Origin: Piromyces finnis finn
Lineage: Eukaryota; Fungi; Neocallimastigomycota
DNA: 64,000 nt
Assembly: GCA_002104945.1 (NCBI GenBank)
Contig: MCFH01000041.1
Coordinates: forward strand, 186,001-250,000
Reading direction: 5' to 3'
The notes below the pieces were generated by a model, which was not told the DNA's origin, ran no database searches, and saw nothing but the letters and a program-made list of their open reading frames with translations. Within the stretch, counting starts at the first letter, position 1. Each line of letters starts with the position of its first letter. Position numbers and translations under genes: made by a program. Below are positions 36,355 to 49,174 of this stretch, in pieces.

Positions 36355-39300
36355 ATGAATAGAAAATCCTCAGATGAATTAAAACCGAAAAAAACAAATA
36401 AAGGTTTCTTTTCAAAATTCTGGAAATTTGGAAGTACTCAAGTAAGTTTACTTATTAATAAAAAATTAAAAAACTGAAATATTTATTTCAAATCTTTGTT
36501 AATTTAATGTTTACTATTATTTTTTCCCATAAAAAAATAAAAAGACAAAAGCAGATAAAAAGAAAATTTCAAAAAGTGTTGATAATTTGAAAGATTTTAT
36601 AAATGAAGAAAGCATTCAGAATGAAAATGTTAAAGAATTAAATGAAATATTAAATAATTCAAAAAGAAAATCTAAATCATTGGATTTATTAAATGATAAT
36701 GTTGATGTTGAATGTATTAAAATGAATGAAAATGTTGAAAAAGAAAATGAGAATAAACCAGTTGAAAAATTGTTAAATTCAAAAAGAAAATCTAAATCAC
36801 TAGATATAATTAATATCGATATTGAAGAAATTATCATGAAAGAAAGCATTGAGCAAGAAAATGTAAAGATTCAAAATGGGCATTTATTTGATAATGAAGA
36901 TATAAAGATAAAAGATAACAACGATATAAATGAAGTAGTTGGGCAAGAGATAAAAGATATTAATAATAATTCAGGAGTAATTGAAAACGATAATAATAAG
37001 TCATGTTCTATAGATAGTAACAATGTTGATAAAGTTGAAAATACAGATATTCAATCAGTTAATAATGATGTTTTTGTTCCAGCATTGCAAGAGCAGAATG
37101 ATAATGAATGTTTAAAAAGCAATGATTTAAAAGTTGAAGATGCTAATCCAATAAAGAATGATAAAAATCTTCAAACGACATTATCAGCAGTTCAAGAAGA
37201 GCAGGAATGTATAATTTCAAATAAAGTATCTGAAAAAGAAGATAATGATAAAATAGAAGAAATTGATACAAATAAAAAAGAAAATTCAAATCCAAAATCT
37301 AACTTAACAATCTTAATAGATAATAAAGATATTAAAAATGAAGTTAATGGTTTAACTTCAAAAGAATTTGCAGATATACTTTATAATATGGAAGAAACTG
37401 AATATGAAGGAAAACAAATATCTCTTATATTAACTGAACCGTAAGTAAACTAATAAAAAATTTAAATTATAATATTGTAATGAGTAAAATTACCATAAAT
37501 AATTAATTAGAATATTAACTAAATTTAATTATTTTTATTAATTAATTTATTTGATAATAAAATTCTATTATTAAAATAATAATTTCAAAAATGATTCATT
37601 ATAATTATCATATTATCATAATATATATCAATTTATTTTAATAATGATATTAAAGTGATAAATATCACGAAGAGACTCTTAAAAATTATATGAAAAATTT
37701 TGACTTTAATAATATTGAAATTGATGAAGCGTTAAGGTGTGAAAATATTATAATTATTATTCTAACGTGCATGTTTTAAATTAATAATTCTAATATATAT
37801 TTTATTTTATTTTATTTTGAAGAATTCTATGTAAAAAGGTTGTAATCATAGGTGAAACACAACAAATTGATAGAATATTAAATCAATTTTCGAAACATTA
37901 CTTTGAATCCAATTTACATCGTCAAGAAATATTTTTAAATGAAGGTAATAAAGTTAAAAAATATTAATATAAATAACAATTAATAAATATTAAAATCAAA
38001 TGAAAAGCTATACTACTAATAATTTTATATACACTATATATAATAAATATAAATAAAACTAATATTTTTTTAAATATATATATATATTAATATTGTGTAA
38101 TTTAAAATATTTAATTAAATAAAATAGACGTAACACATTCCATAGTATATTCACTTGTTTTATTAAATACAGATTTACATATTGTCTATAATGACAATCC
38201 TAATAAGAAAATGACAAAGAAAGAATTTTTAAAGAATACTATGACATTATTAGAATCAATGTCTGAAAATTGCTTTTCTCCACAAATGAAAATAAAAAGT
38301 GCTAATATACCCAATAGAAAAAGTTATTTTGATTCACCCACTGTTCAATCCATTGATTTATCATATACATCATCAACATTACCACGAAATTTTGTAGAGT
38401 CTCAAGAAAATAAACAAAAGAAATGGAAAAAACAAATGGAACAACTTTTAAGTGATTTATATAATTCAATAAAAACTAAAAGAATTATTCAAAGAACAGC
38501 AACTGGAAATGAAGCAGATGGTGGTGCTTCATATAACGGACAATATATACAAAGTCAAAGTGCAGATGCATATCCAAATAAAATTCAATCCCTTTTTGGT
38601 AACGAAAAAAGTAATAATTCAACCCTTACTTCAATGAAAAATTTAATTAGCAAAGTCCCTACAAAAAAGTCAAAAGAAAAGAATATATATCTAAGTTTAC
38701 CAAGTCTTAATGCTTCGGATTCAGCTAGCTACAATTCTTACGGTGATTCTTCTTATTCTATTAAATCCTTTGACAAACATAATACTATCAGTAAATCGAC
38801 AAATGGAATTAATCTAAGTAAAAACGCTAATGCTAAAATTGTACAAAAGGGAGCACTCAGCCGTAAACACTTTATGGATCAAGGTAAACAGCGAGCAAAA
38901 GATAGACGTTGGTCAAAAGCTCATTGTGCCTTATTTATTGATCCTGAAATTTCTCAAAACGGTATATGTGAACTAAGAATTTGGTTGGAAAGTACATCAA
39001 CTTCGTCTGCTAAGAAAAAAGGTACCACAAATAAAGATTTTGATGAACTCTTTGAGACTACAGCAAATGAAGATGATGAATATGCACAAAATCTTCCATA
39101 TTTAAATCCAAATTACCATGAAGTTTTGCCAATAACACACAGTGTAACAAGTGTTGTAAAAAATTATACCTCATTTACCTCTACCATCAGAAAAAATATA
39201 TTTTCTTTAAAACTTTCTTCAGGTAGTACATATTTATTTGAAGCACTCGATGAAGATAATATGAAAACATGGGTAAATGCTTTAAACTTCTGGGCAGCTC

Positions 39301-41363
39301 GTAAAAGTAAAGAACCACTACGTGGTGCTGTAGGTAATATGGAATATGGTTGGAATCAGGTCGAAAAAATTGAAAAACCTAAAAGTGTTACTCCAGAAGA
39401 AATTCAAGAACCAATACCTATTTATGATCCATTTGAAAATTTTTTCGATGGAGATTCTATTAAATCATATGCTAGCAGTAATCGTGATAAAAATAGTAGA
39501 GAAAGTTCAATACGCAGTGGACGAAGTGGACGTAGCACATCAAATAACAACCGAAATGACAATTTATCAATTAAAGATCTTAACTTAACAAGTCTTCCTG
39601 AAAGTAATAACTCTTCTAGTAAAGAAGAAAGAACTGCGCGTAGTTTTACTATAAAACGTCTTCGTTCTTCCTCCCGTAGTACATCACGTCACACTGAGTT
39701 ATCTACTAAATCTCGTAGTATATCTTTAAGCCGCAATGAATCTAGGAATACTAAAATGGATCTTCGTAGCTATTCATGTTCTCGTCACTCCAGTTATAAT
39801 AAAACTTCTAATTTAGAAACTAGCAATATGCCTACCATATTTAGTAATACAAATTCAAAATGTAATTCATCAGACGATCTTCAAATTAAGTCAGATATAA
39901 CACATTCACCTCTAACATCACCAAGTGACAATAATCAAACAAGTCCTTTAACCAAGGAACCAATTAATAATGAAAAAGTTGATTCTAAAAATAAAGAAAG
40001 CCAGGATAAAACATTATTAAATCATTCAAACAGTTCAACAATTGAAAACAATACACTCCAAAAAAAGCTTTCAATTACTGAAAGCACTTCACCTAGTGAT
40101 ACCAAGAAGAATGATGTACAAGAAACTACAAGTCCTGTCAGTACTAATGGTTTAGGTGAAAGTAAAGATACTAAAGAAATAAATGATATAAATAAGAACA
40201 TTATAAACAATGTTAATAACGAAAGTGACGAAAACACTAAAAATGAAGATTTAAAAAGCACTGTAGTTGCGAGTACATTAGAAGTTAGAAGTAATAATCT
40301 TCTTCATCGTAGAATTTTATCTGAACCAGAGCTTCGTAGAAAACGGAATATAGACAAAAATGGAACCAAAAAGAGAAGCCAAAGTTTAAGTCAGTATACC
40401 GAAAATGTCAATAAATCCATTAATAGTATAATTATACCGATGGGATCATCTATTGTATCAGTGACACCTGATAATTCAAAGTCAAAATTAGAAGAATCGA
40501 TCATTGAGGTTGACAGTATTTCACAGTATTCTACTTTGCCTTATAAGCGTTCGCAAAAAATTGTAAATCAACTTGCAAGTAAGCATCAGTCTTTTATTCC
40601 AGACAAATTCTTTAATATCAATGCCCAAAGGTTTTCCATTCAACCAGGTGGTACCTTAACAATTAAAAAGAAGATCAAAAAGCTTCGTATTTGTGATTGG
40701 ACCCAACCCGGTGTTGGATTCTTACTAAGTACTCTCACACTTGAAAAGCAATATGAAAGTATGAAAAAGCAATATTTAATCACAGAAAAAGAAATAAAAT
40801 ATCATAAAAATATTAAACAACCAATGGAAGATTTATATGTATTCCAATCCTCTGCCTATCAAAAAGCTATTAATAATTGGAAAAAGAAATATATATATTT
40901 ATTAGATGAAAAGAATAAATATGGTCTTTATGTAAATATGCTTGAAAATTACATGAAAATAGACCCAAATGAAGAAAGACTTTTCCCAATTGTAGAAGAA
41001 CGCAAATATTCAAATGTCTCATCAGTCATTCCTGAAACTATAGAAACTGATACCCCTTCACAAACTACTGCCAGTAGCAGCCATAATAATAACAATAATA
41101 ATAATACATCTTCACCAGATAAAAATCTATCGGAAACTGCAAGTCAAGATGAAATCAAAAATATTCTTGCCAGGAAAAGACAGCAACAGTTAGATATCAT
41201 GAAGAAAACAGCCAATGATTTATCCATTGACAGTGGTAAACTTGAAAATAGTTTTATATTACCAGAAATAAATGTTGGTAATTCTTTATTTGATGATGAA
41301 TATGAAAAAGAAATGGAAGAATTAGCTATGGAACAAGAAAGAATATTTAATTTAAAAAAATAA
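36355..41363 (+). CDS. Sec7-domain Arf GEF with split PH domain (EFA6/Yel1/Syt1-like)
   Basis: Exons 36355-36441, 36545-37440, 37656-37736, 37823-37944, 38128-41363. Sec7 motifs FDFNNIEIDEALR, GETQQIDR (catalytic Glu), SLVLLNTDLH, KMTKKEFLKN; PH motifs KGALSRKH and YLFEALDEDNMKTWVNALNFWAARKSKEPLRGAVGNMEYGW. Confidence 0.92.
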
Positions 41364-43368
41364 AAGCGTCCTCTCTCACTATATATATTCTTTTTCTCCG
41401 TTAATATGAATTACTAATATTTATTTTTTTTTTCTTTTGTTTATTTCATCCATAATGGTATCTAATACTGCTCTGATTAAATAATTATTATTTTTTTATT
41501 CCAAGTTAATTAAACTGGAAAAAGAGGAAGAAAAAAAAAAAAAAAAAAGAAAATGAAAATGAAAAGAAATAAAACAAATTATTACACTTTTAAAGCAATA
41601 TTAAAAAAAAGAAAAGTAAAAAAAAAAAGCATATTTAAATGAATAATAATAATAATAATAATAATATTCATAAAAACAAGTAAATCAAATAAAAATTTAA
41701 ACACTGGTTTATATTCCATCTTTTATTTCATTTTTCTAAATATATAGAAAAATAATAAAAGAAATAGGAATGTAATTTAATTAAAAAAAAAAAAAGCATA
41801 TTAAAAATAGCAATAATCATAGTTTTGCAATATTAAAAAAAAAACTAAAAGATAAAGATAAAAAGTATTCTTTATATCTTTTCTTTTTCTTTTTTAATCT
41901 CAAAAAAAAAAGCAAATAAATAATTAAAAAAATTTAAAATTAAATAAGAAATTTTGACTATATCACATGATATCAATGTGATGTTTATTTAATATTATGA
42001 TATCCTATAATATCATATTATTTAAATATTATATTATTTTCTATTGTTGATCTTGTTTTAATACTAATTTGTATTCTATTTTTATATAGCAACACATTTT
42101 TTAAACCACCTTAATCTTGGGAAAATAATATATCATTATATTCCTCACTTTACTACCGAGAAGCATCTATTATATGAGATGAATTATTCTAAAAACCAAT
42201 CAATAAGTGATTGGACAATTATTATCCAATCATATCAATAACCTAATTCATATAAAAACACATTCATTTCGGATTATGAATTATTCTTTATAATAGAAAA
42301 TAAAAAATATTAATAATAAAAGAAATAGCATTAATTTATATAGTAATTAATGGATTTTTTTATTATTAATATGGAAAAAGGAAAATAGTAATAAAAATTT
42401 ACTATAAATTTTTAGCAGGTGATTTTAAACAAAAGTATAGGGACAACAGAAAAAGAATGATTAGAAAAAACTTTGGGAAAATTATTAATGATGCTAAAAA
42501 TTAAAAAATTTAAATGAAATAATTATTATTTAATAAGTAATTAATGAAATATTTCATTTAAATAAATAGTAAATAAATTATTATTAAAAAATGTGTTTAT
42601 ATTTGATTTTAAATTTTAAATGATGATAACCTTTTACACAGACCTGTTCTGAATAAAATTGAGGACAACCATTTATTGCCAAATTTTTCTGAAAAAATTT
42701 GGAATCAAATATAAACAAAAATTTTATAAAATTTATTAATTTAAAAATTTAAATTTTTTGGAATAAAATGTTTACAAAATATTAATTAATAATATTTATT
42801 TAATATTAAATATAAATACTTTCAAACTAAAATTAATATAAGAATAGACCAAAATAAGGATAATGATGAATGGTCTTTAGAAAAATTAAATTAATTTATA
42901 AATAGGGAAATAATTGTTAAACCTTAAATAGTCCAAATAAACTTTCAAATTTATTAAAACGGTAGATTTTTTATTATTTTTTTATTTAGTTCAATTATAT
43001 TATAGAAATATTTTATGTATTTTTTTTTTTCTTTTTAATATTAAACTAATACTATTTAATAATGTAAGAAATATTAATGTGGTTTGTTTTTAAAATGAAA
43101 AGAGTTTTTCTATTAAATAATTCATTATTCAATTGCTTTTCTTCAAAGATTTATAAAAATTCAAAATAATGTTACTTTGTAATTAAATATTTAAATTTTT
43201 TTTTTAGAGTAATAATTTAAAATATAAATCATTTTTTAATATTTTTATAATAATAAAATGTGTTTATCCTATTTAAAATATAAATATTGCTATCTTTTTA
43301 ATTATATTTAATATAACAGTTTTATTTACTCTCTAAATATATTAGTAAAAATAAAATATCTTTTAGTT

Positions 43369-44334
43369 TTTCGTAATAAATATTATGATGATAATAAATT
43401 TATTGAAACTAAAGATTTTATTAAATTATGTTATGAATACCCAGAGTTTGCCTATGGCTTCTACTGGCTATTGAAAGCAAGAAGCGGATACAAGTTGGAT
43501 GCTAGAGTTGCCAAAGCTGCCAAATTTGTTGATCCAGTTTGTCCTAACTACTGTCCATGTTGCAAGTGTGGAGATCAAAGTATTAAACATTGGTTATTAG
43601 ATTGTCCAACATTTAGAGATATCCGTATTAAACATTATGATTCCATAGTCCAGCTATTAAATTTTTTCAGTCAACGTAATTCCAATAGTCCTATCAATAA
43701 TAATGAAATTGATAATATCAGTAGAGATAGTAATAACATTAATAGTAATAGTAACAATAGTAGTAATAACAATAGTAATAGTAACAATAGTAATAGTAAC
43801 AATAGTAATAATAACAATAGTAGTAATAGAAATAGTAATAATAACAATAGTAATAATAACAATAATAGAAATAATAATATTAGTAATGATAGCAATAGTG
43901 AAGATAATAATTCTAATTTAGATAGTAATTTAGTTAATGATAGTAATAGTTCTAATAATCCGGTGAATATTAATGTGTATGATTATTCTAGTGTGTGCAG
44001 TAAAATATTTAAATTCCTTCTTGGGGGAAGAAGTTTTAACAATATTAATTACGATTCAAGGGAATGGAAAGAACTTTGTAAGCGTCAGATTCAATCTGGT
44101 ACTAACGAAGGAACACCATTCTTGACGGTAACCGCGGAACTTCTAACCAAAATCATGCCTTTTGCTATTGGCCAGCAATGGTCAATGTTCAAAAGGTTTG
44201 AAGCAACATCCAAGAGCGTCAATGCTGAAGAAACAGTAAGACAGGCCAGGAGGGCCAGCGCAACCAATGGAGATCATAATTTTGTTCCATGACAAAATTT
44301 TGATCTTTGGCTCGGTGTCCCATTGGAAGTCAAA
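43369..44334 (+). mobile_element. 5'-truncated non-LTR (LINE-like) retrotransposon 3' end with CCHC zinc knuckle
   Basis: GC-richer island. The frame is open from about 43312 to TGA at 44292 and lacks RT. It encodes FYWLLKARSGY, CPCCKCGDQSIKHWLLDCPTFRDIR (C-x2-C...H-x4-C, typical of LINE ORF2 ends) and FLLGGR. Putative end at GGAAGTCAAA (44325-44334). Clade and TSD not resolved. Confidence 0.75.
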
Positions 44335-45584
44335 TACAATTATTATACTTTAGTATGATAGTGGCTTTCTTACTTTAATTAAAATTACTAGAATACATTA
44401 TACCCAATTTTTATTCATTTGTATTTATTTAAACATATTTTTTTATTTTTATTTTATTTTAATTTTTATATTACATGTATTATAATTTTAATTAAATTAA
44501 TAATAAAGTTTAAAATATTTGATGCCGTTAAAAAAAAAAAAAAAAAATTTCGTAATAAACATTCTTTATGAAAGAATTTTAAACTTCAATTATTAACCTT
44601 TAATAGTAAAATATATATATAATATTTATATTACAAGAAAATTAGTAGTAATTAATCTTGTGACATCCGGCGGAACACAAATAATATAAATAATTGGAAA
44701 ATAATAGAAAATATATATACTTACCATATTGAATAATAGAATTTTTATTTATAGGTTTCTCTCTAATTAGTTATTTTTGGATAAATTAAAAATGGTTATT
44801 TCATTAAAAAAAATATTAAAAATTATTAAATATGTTAATATTATTTGTATAATATGTTAATTTTTCCCTCTTGTATTTGAATGTCATTAATAGAAAAAAT
44901 AATTTTATTTTATAATAATATGTAATATAATTATTAAATATTTAATTATTTTTTAATCTATTTTCTATTAACCTACTTTACTTATATGGTCATAATGAAA
45001 AATAAAAATGATACAACCAACCAACCAACCAACCGTACTATTTGTAATGAATATATATATAATAAACTATTAAATAAGATTAATAAAATATAATTTAAAT
45101 AATTTATTATTTAATTTTTAAACTTTTATATTTATTAATGTTTCTTCTTTTTTTTAAAATATAAAAAGTTTTCCGCAATACATTAACCCATAAATCAGTA
45201 ATTTGTCAAAAAAAGAAATTAAAAAAAAACTTTTATAAATTTTAAATGAATGATGATTTAATTTTAATATATTCAACAGATAGTTTTAGAGGTGTCATTT
45301 ACTCCTGAATTTATTATTATTTTATAATATATATATATTAAATGGAGAAAAAAATGTATAAAAGGTAACAGTTTTTATCTTTCTTCAACTTTTTATTGTT
45401 TCATAAATTGTATATATCCAAAAAAAAAAAGGGCTATTTGAAAAATATAAATATTTTTTTAAATAAAAAATATTTTTTATTAAACTTAAAACTTAAATAA
45501 TATAATACCTATATATAAAAAGAAGAAAAGTATTAAATAAAAGATACATACAGTTCCTAAGTTTTATAATCATTAAAGAAGAAA

Positions 45585-45812
45585 ATGCCTATAATTATTG
45601 AAAGTATTTCATCAAAGGATTTATTAAAGAGTAAGAGACGTGTTACTTTTAATAACTCTATAACTACCATTGTTGCTCATGATAATGAAGTTTATGATAG
45701 AACAAGTATTTATGTTAGACCATTAAAATATAATGACATTGTTGAATTAAATATGTTCATACAAGAAATGAAACATGAATATTTAAGACTCCATAGCAAA
45801 GAAAAGGTTTAA
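45585..45812 (+). CDS. 75-aa protein resembling the PP1-binding C-terminal module of Bni4/Phactr proteins
   Basis: RVxF motif KRRVTF followed by the pattern YDR...L...I.ELN.F..EM. In-frame stop at 45567 upstream. Confidence 0.6.
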   Translation: MPIIIESISSKDLLKSKRRVTFNNSITTIVAHDNEVYDRTSIYVRPLKYNDIVELNMFIQEMKHEYLRLHSKEKV

Positions 45813-46784
45813 TAAATTTATTTGTTAAACACCTTTAGAAAATGCTAAATGTAAGAAAAGGCTGAAGAATTACTTTCCTCTACCTATAATGATTATACCA
45901 CAATATACATATCTATCTATATATTAATTCTGTAAATACTATAATTTTATTAAAATTAAAGTGTTTTTATTTTTATTATTAAGAAAAATGTAAAAGATGC
46001 ATTAATTATTATTATGATTATTGTATCAATAATGAAATACTATAAATTTTATTTTAATAAAAGTACATAATAAATTATTAATAAGAAATATTTATTAAAA
46101 TTGAAATATTTGGTTGTTAATTTTTTTTTTATATTATTAAATGAAATAAAAAAATATATTGTTATTTTAATAATTGGTTAAAATGCTTTAAAAAATCATA
46201 GGAATGTTTTATATAATTATTAAAAGTATTGTATATTTAGTTTTTATATCGTTTTGGGTGTTACCCAAGTTATGGTATAAGCTTTTTTTAAAAAAAAAAA
46301 AAAAGTAATTATTAATATTTCACGTGATCAATTTAAATTATTAATAATTGATTGTATTGCCAATTCCTTTTACCACCATAAAAATCAATTTTTGGTTATT
46401 TTGGAGGTTCTTTAATTCTATTTAATATTTATGTGGCTTGTATTTTTTAAATATAGTACAAATAATCTTGATTTATTAAATAAATGATTCTAAACCATGG
46501 CTTTTAGATATAACTTCATAATTCATTATTTATTTTAATCAAAGAACTAACCATCTAAAATTAATTTTAATTCTGTATACTTTTATGAAATTATAAAGAC
46601 ACTTTTTAAGCATTCATTTCTCTTTTTTTTTTTTTTTTAAAAAAAAAAAATTAATAAAAACTTATATCACACAAATAATAATTTATATTATAGTTATATT
46701 TTTTATAATAACCTATGCTGAAATAAAATAAAATTTAAAAAGGCTTTTTTAAAAAAATATATATAATTAAAGAAATACTAATTA

Positions 46785-46821
<37 letters not shown>

Positions 46822-46935
46822 AGACTCAAAAATAATAAATATAAGCATTAATATATTATATATATATATATATAAAATACACAACCTCTTGTAAATAATT
46901 CATTTAATATACTTATAATAAAATAATAATAGAGT

Positions 46936-48229
46936 ATGCTATTTAAGAAAAAATCAAAAATTGAAGGTATTTAAAAAAGTAATTAAAATAATTCAAAAAT
47001 TAATATTAATATATTATTTAAAATTCATATTGTATAAAATATTCAAGAAAATGTATTACCACCACCACCACCACCATACACACCAATTGAATATAAATGG
47101 AATATAAAAACAATTTTCCTTGGTTTTTTCCTTGGTTTAGAAGGTGTTAAAAATACATTAATACATGAAAAAACAAGAAATAAACTATTAAGAGATATTT
47201 TTTTATTTTTAAGTATTTCATTGACTATATATGTCCTTGGTTATCTCATAAGTATACCATTTCATTTATTGAAAATATTTAAACTTTTTGGATTTTCTAA
47301 TGCAGGATTTTTAGCTGAAACAATGGAAAAAATCTTGTTTTGGATAATAAGAATATACCCACAAGCAATTCTCTTAATAATCCGTTACATATATCCTAAA
47401 TACCTGGATGATTTATTTTTTGAATCATTTAAGGGATGTAAGTAATATTTATTTATATAGTTCATTAAATAAGTAGATAAAAAATTATTAGTTATAAAGT
47501 TTAAAATAAAGATAAAAAGGTGAAATTCCGTAAAAAAAAAAAAAAAAGTTTTGTCAATAGTAGCAATTATTAAATTTATTAGTTTAATATTTTACATATA
47601 TTATTATATATGTTAATATATTTATTATATTATCTTTTTTCTTTATATAAATAGATCCTATTATGAATGAAAAAGGTCAAGTTCCATCTCGTGAGCTTCT
47701 GGTAGCATTAAATTATGCTCAGCAACTATCTACACGAAAACCAAGTAGAAGCTATATTAAACTTTGTATCAACTATGTAAAAAGACTTTCAAAGAAACTA
47801 GTTAAAGGTTCAATAATATACATTTTAATATCATTACCAATTATTGGAAAGTTAATATTACCAGGGATGTTAGTAATGGCAATAAGTCAAATATTTCCAT
47901 TTAATTTCTCTTGCGGTATTGGTGTACTCACTGCTATTTTTCCATATGTAAAAAAGTTAGTGACAGCATTTCTCTTTAATTGTATATTTGGTATAAGAAC
48001 AATGAACAGAGAAGTATTAGAACCTTACTTTTGTCGTGTAAAAATGACTTCACAAGAAAAAATTGCATGGTTTAATATTTATGAACCCTTATTATTTGGC
48101 TTCATGAGTTTATTTTATATTTTATTCTTACAACCATGGTATGGACCATTATTTTTTGCTATTGCTCAAGGAGCTATTCCAACTTTATTGGTTGAAATAT
48201 TTAAATATCATCGACCAGAACTTAAATAA
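46936..48229 (+). CDS. Multi-pass membrane protein, fungal UsgS-like / EI24-like
   Basis: Exons 46936-46966, 47048-47437, 47655-48229 join in phase. Motifs IRYIYPKYLDDLFFES, LPIIGKLILP, REVLEPYFCRV, WFNIYEPLLFGF, QPWYGPLFF. Confidence 0.7.
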
Positions 48230-49126
48230 TACACCCTATCTAAGATCAAATAATATTGTAAAATAAATTATAGTAATTATATACTTTTTTTTTTTTTTTT
48301 TTTTTTTGGAAAAAATTACGACTATTGCATTTAATCAAATCAACAATATAAGTGAATATATTAATTAAACCAACTTTTACAAAAAAAAAATAAACTGTAA
48401 GATAATATAATGAAATATAAAAATAAACCAAGCAAAAAAAAATTAACTGATGACAAGCTAATATTAATAGCAATAATAAAATTAATTAAAAATTTTAAAG
48501 TTACATTTATAAAGTAATTACTATAGTTTTGATAACAATTGAAAAAATTTCGAAAAAATACTTAATAAAAAAAAAAACTTCTTAATGATTAAAATATTTT
48601 GGTTTAAATAAATAATTTAAATTTTACAACAGCATTAATTTCATTATAATTCATATAAAAATTCTCAGAATTATATATTTGTTAATCTTTATTTCATTTT
48701 TAACTTATGACTTTTTTTTATGTATTTTTTTTTTTTTTTTTTTCATATATATTAAAATTAGTTACTAGCATAAAAAAAACTGAATAACAAATATTAATGG
48801 AATAGATTTTAAAACTGAAATTAATTAAATAAATAAATCAAAAAGATAATATTTAGATATTAATAAAAAATAAAACTAATAATAAAAATAAAATTAAATG
48901 GGTAAATAGTATATATATTAATAATATTTTATAACTAAATTTTGAAAAAAAAAAAAAAAAAAAAAAAATATAAATATATATTATAAAGATTTTTTTCTTC
49001 AAAAGTTTAATAATTAAATACTATATTCATCTTGTTTATATTATTCTGCTATATCATTCCATTTAAATTATTTATATGTTTTATATGTTTAACGATCAAA
49101 AGATAATTGCATTTAAATTATTTAGT

Positions 49127-49166
<40 letters not shown>

Positions 49167-49174
49167 TGTAAAAT

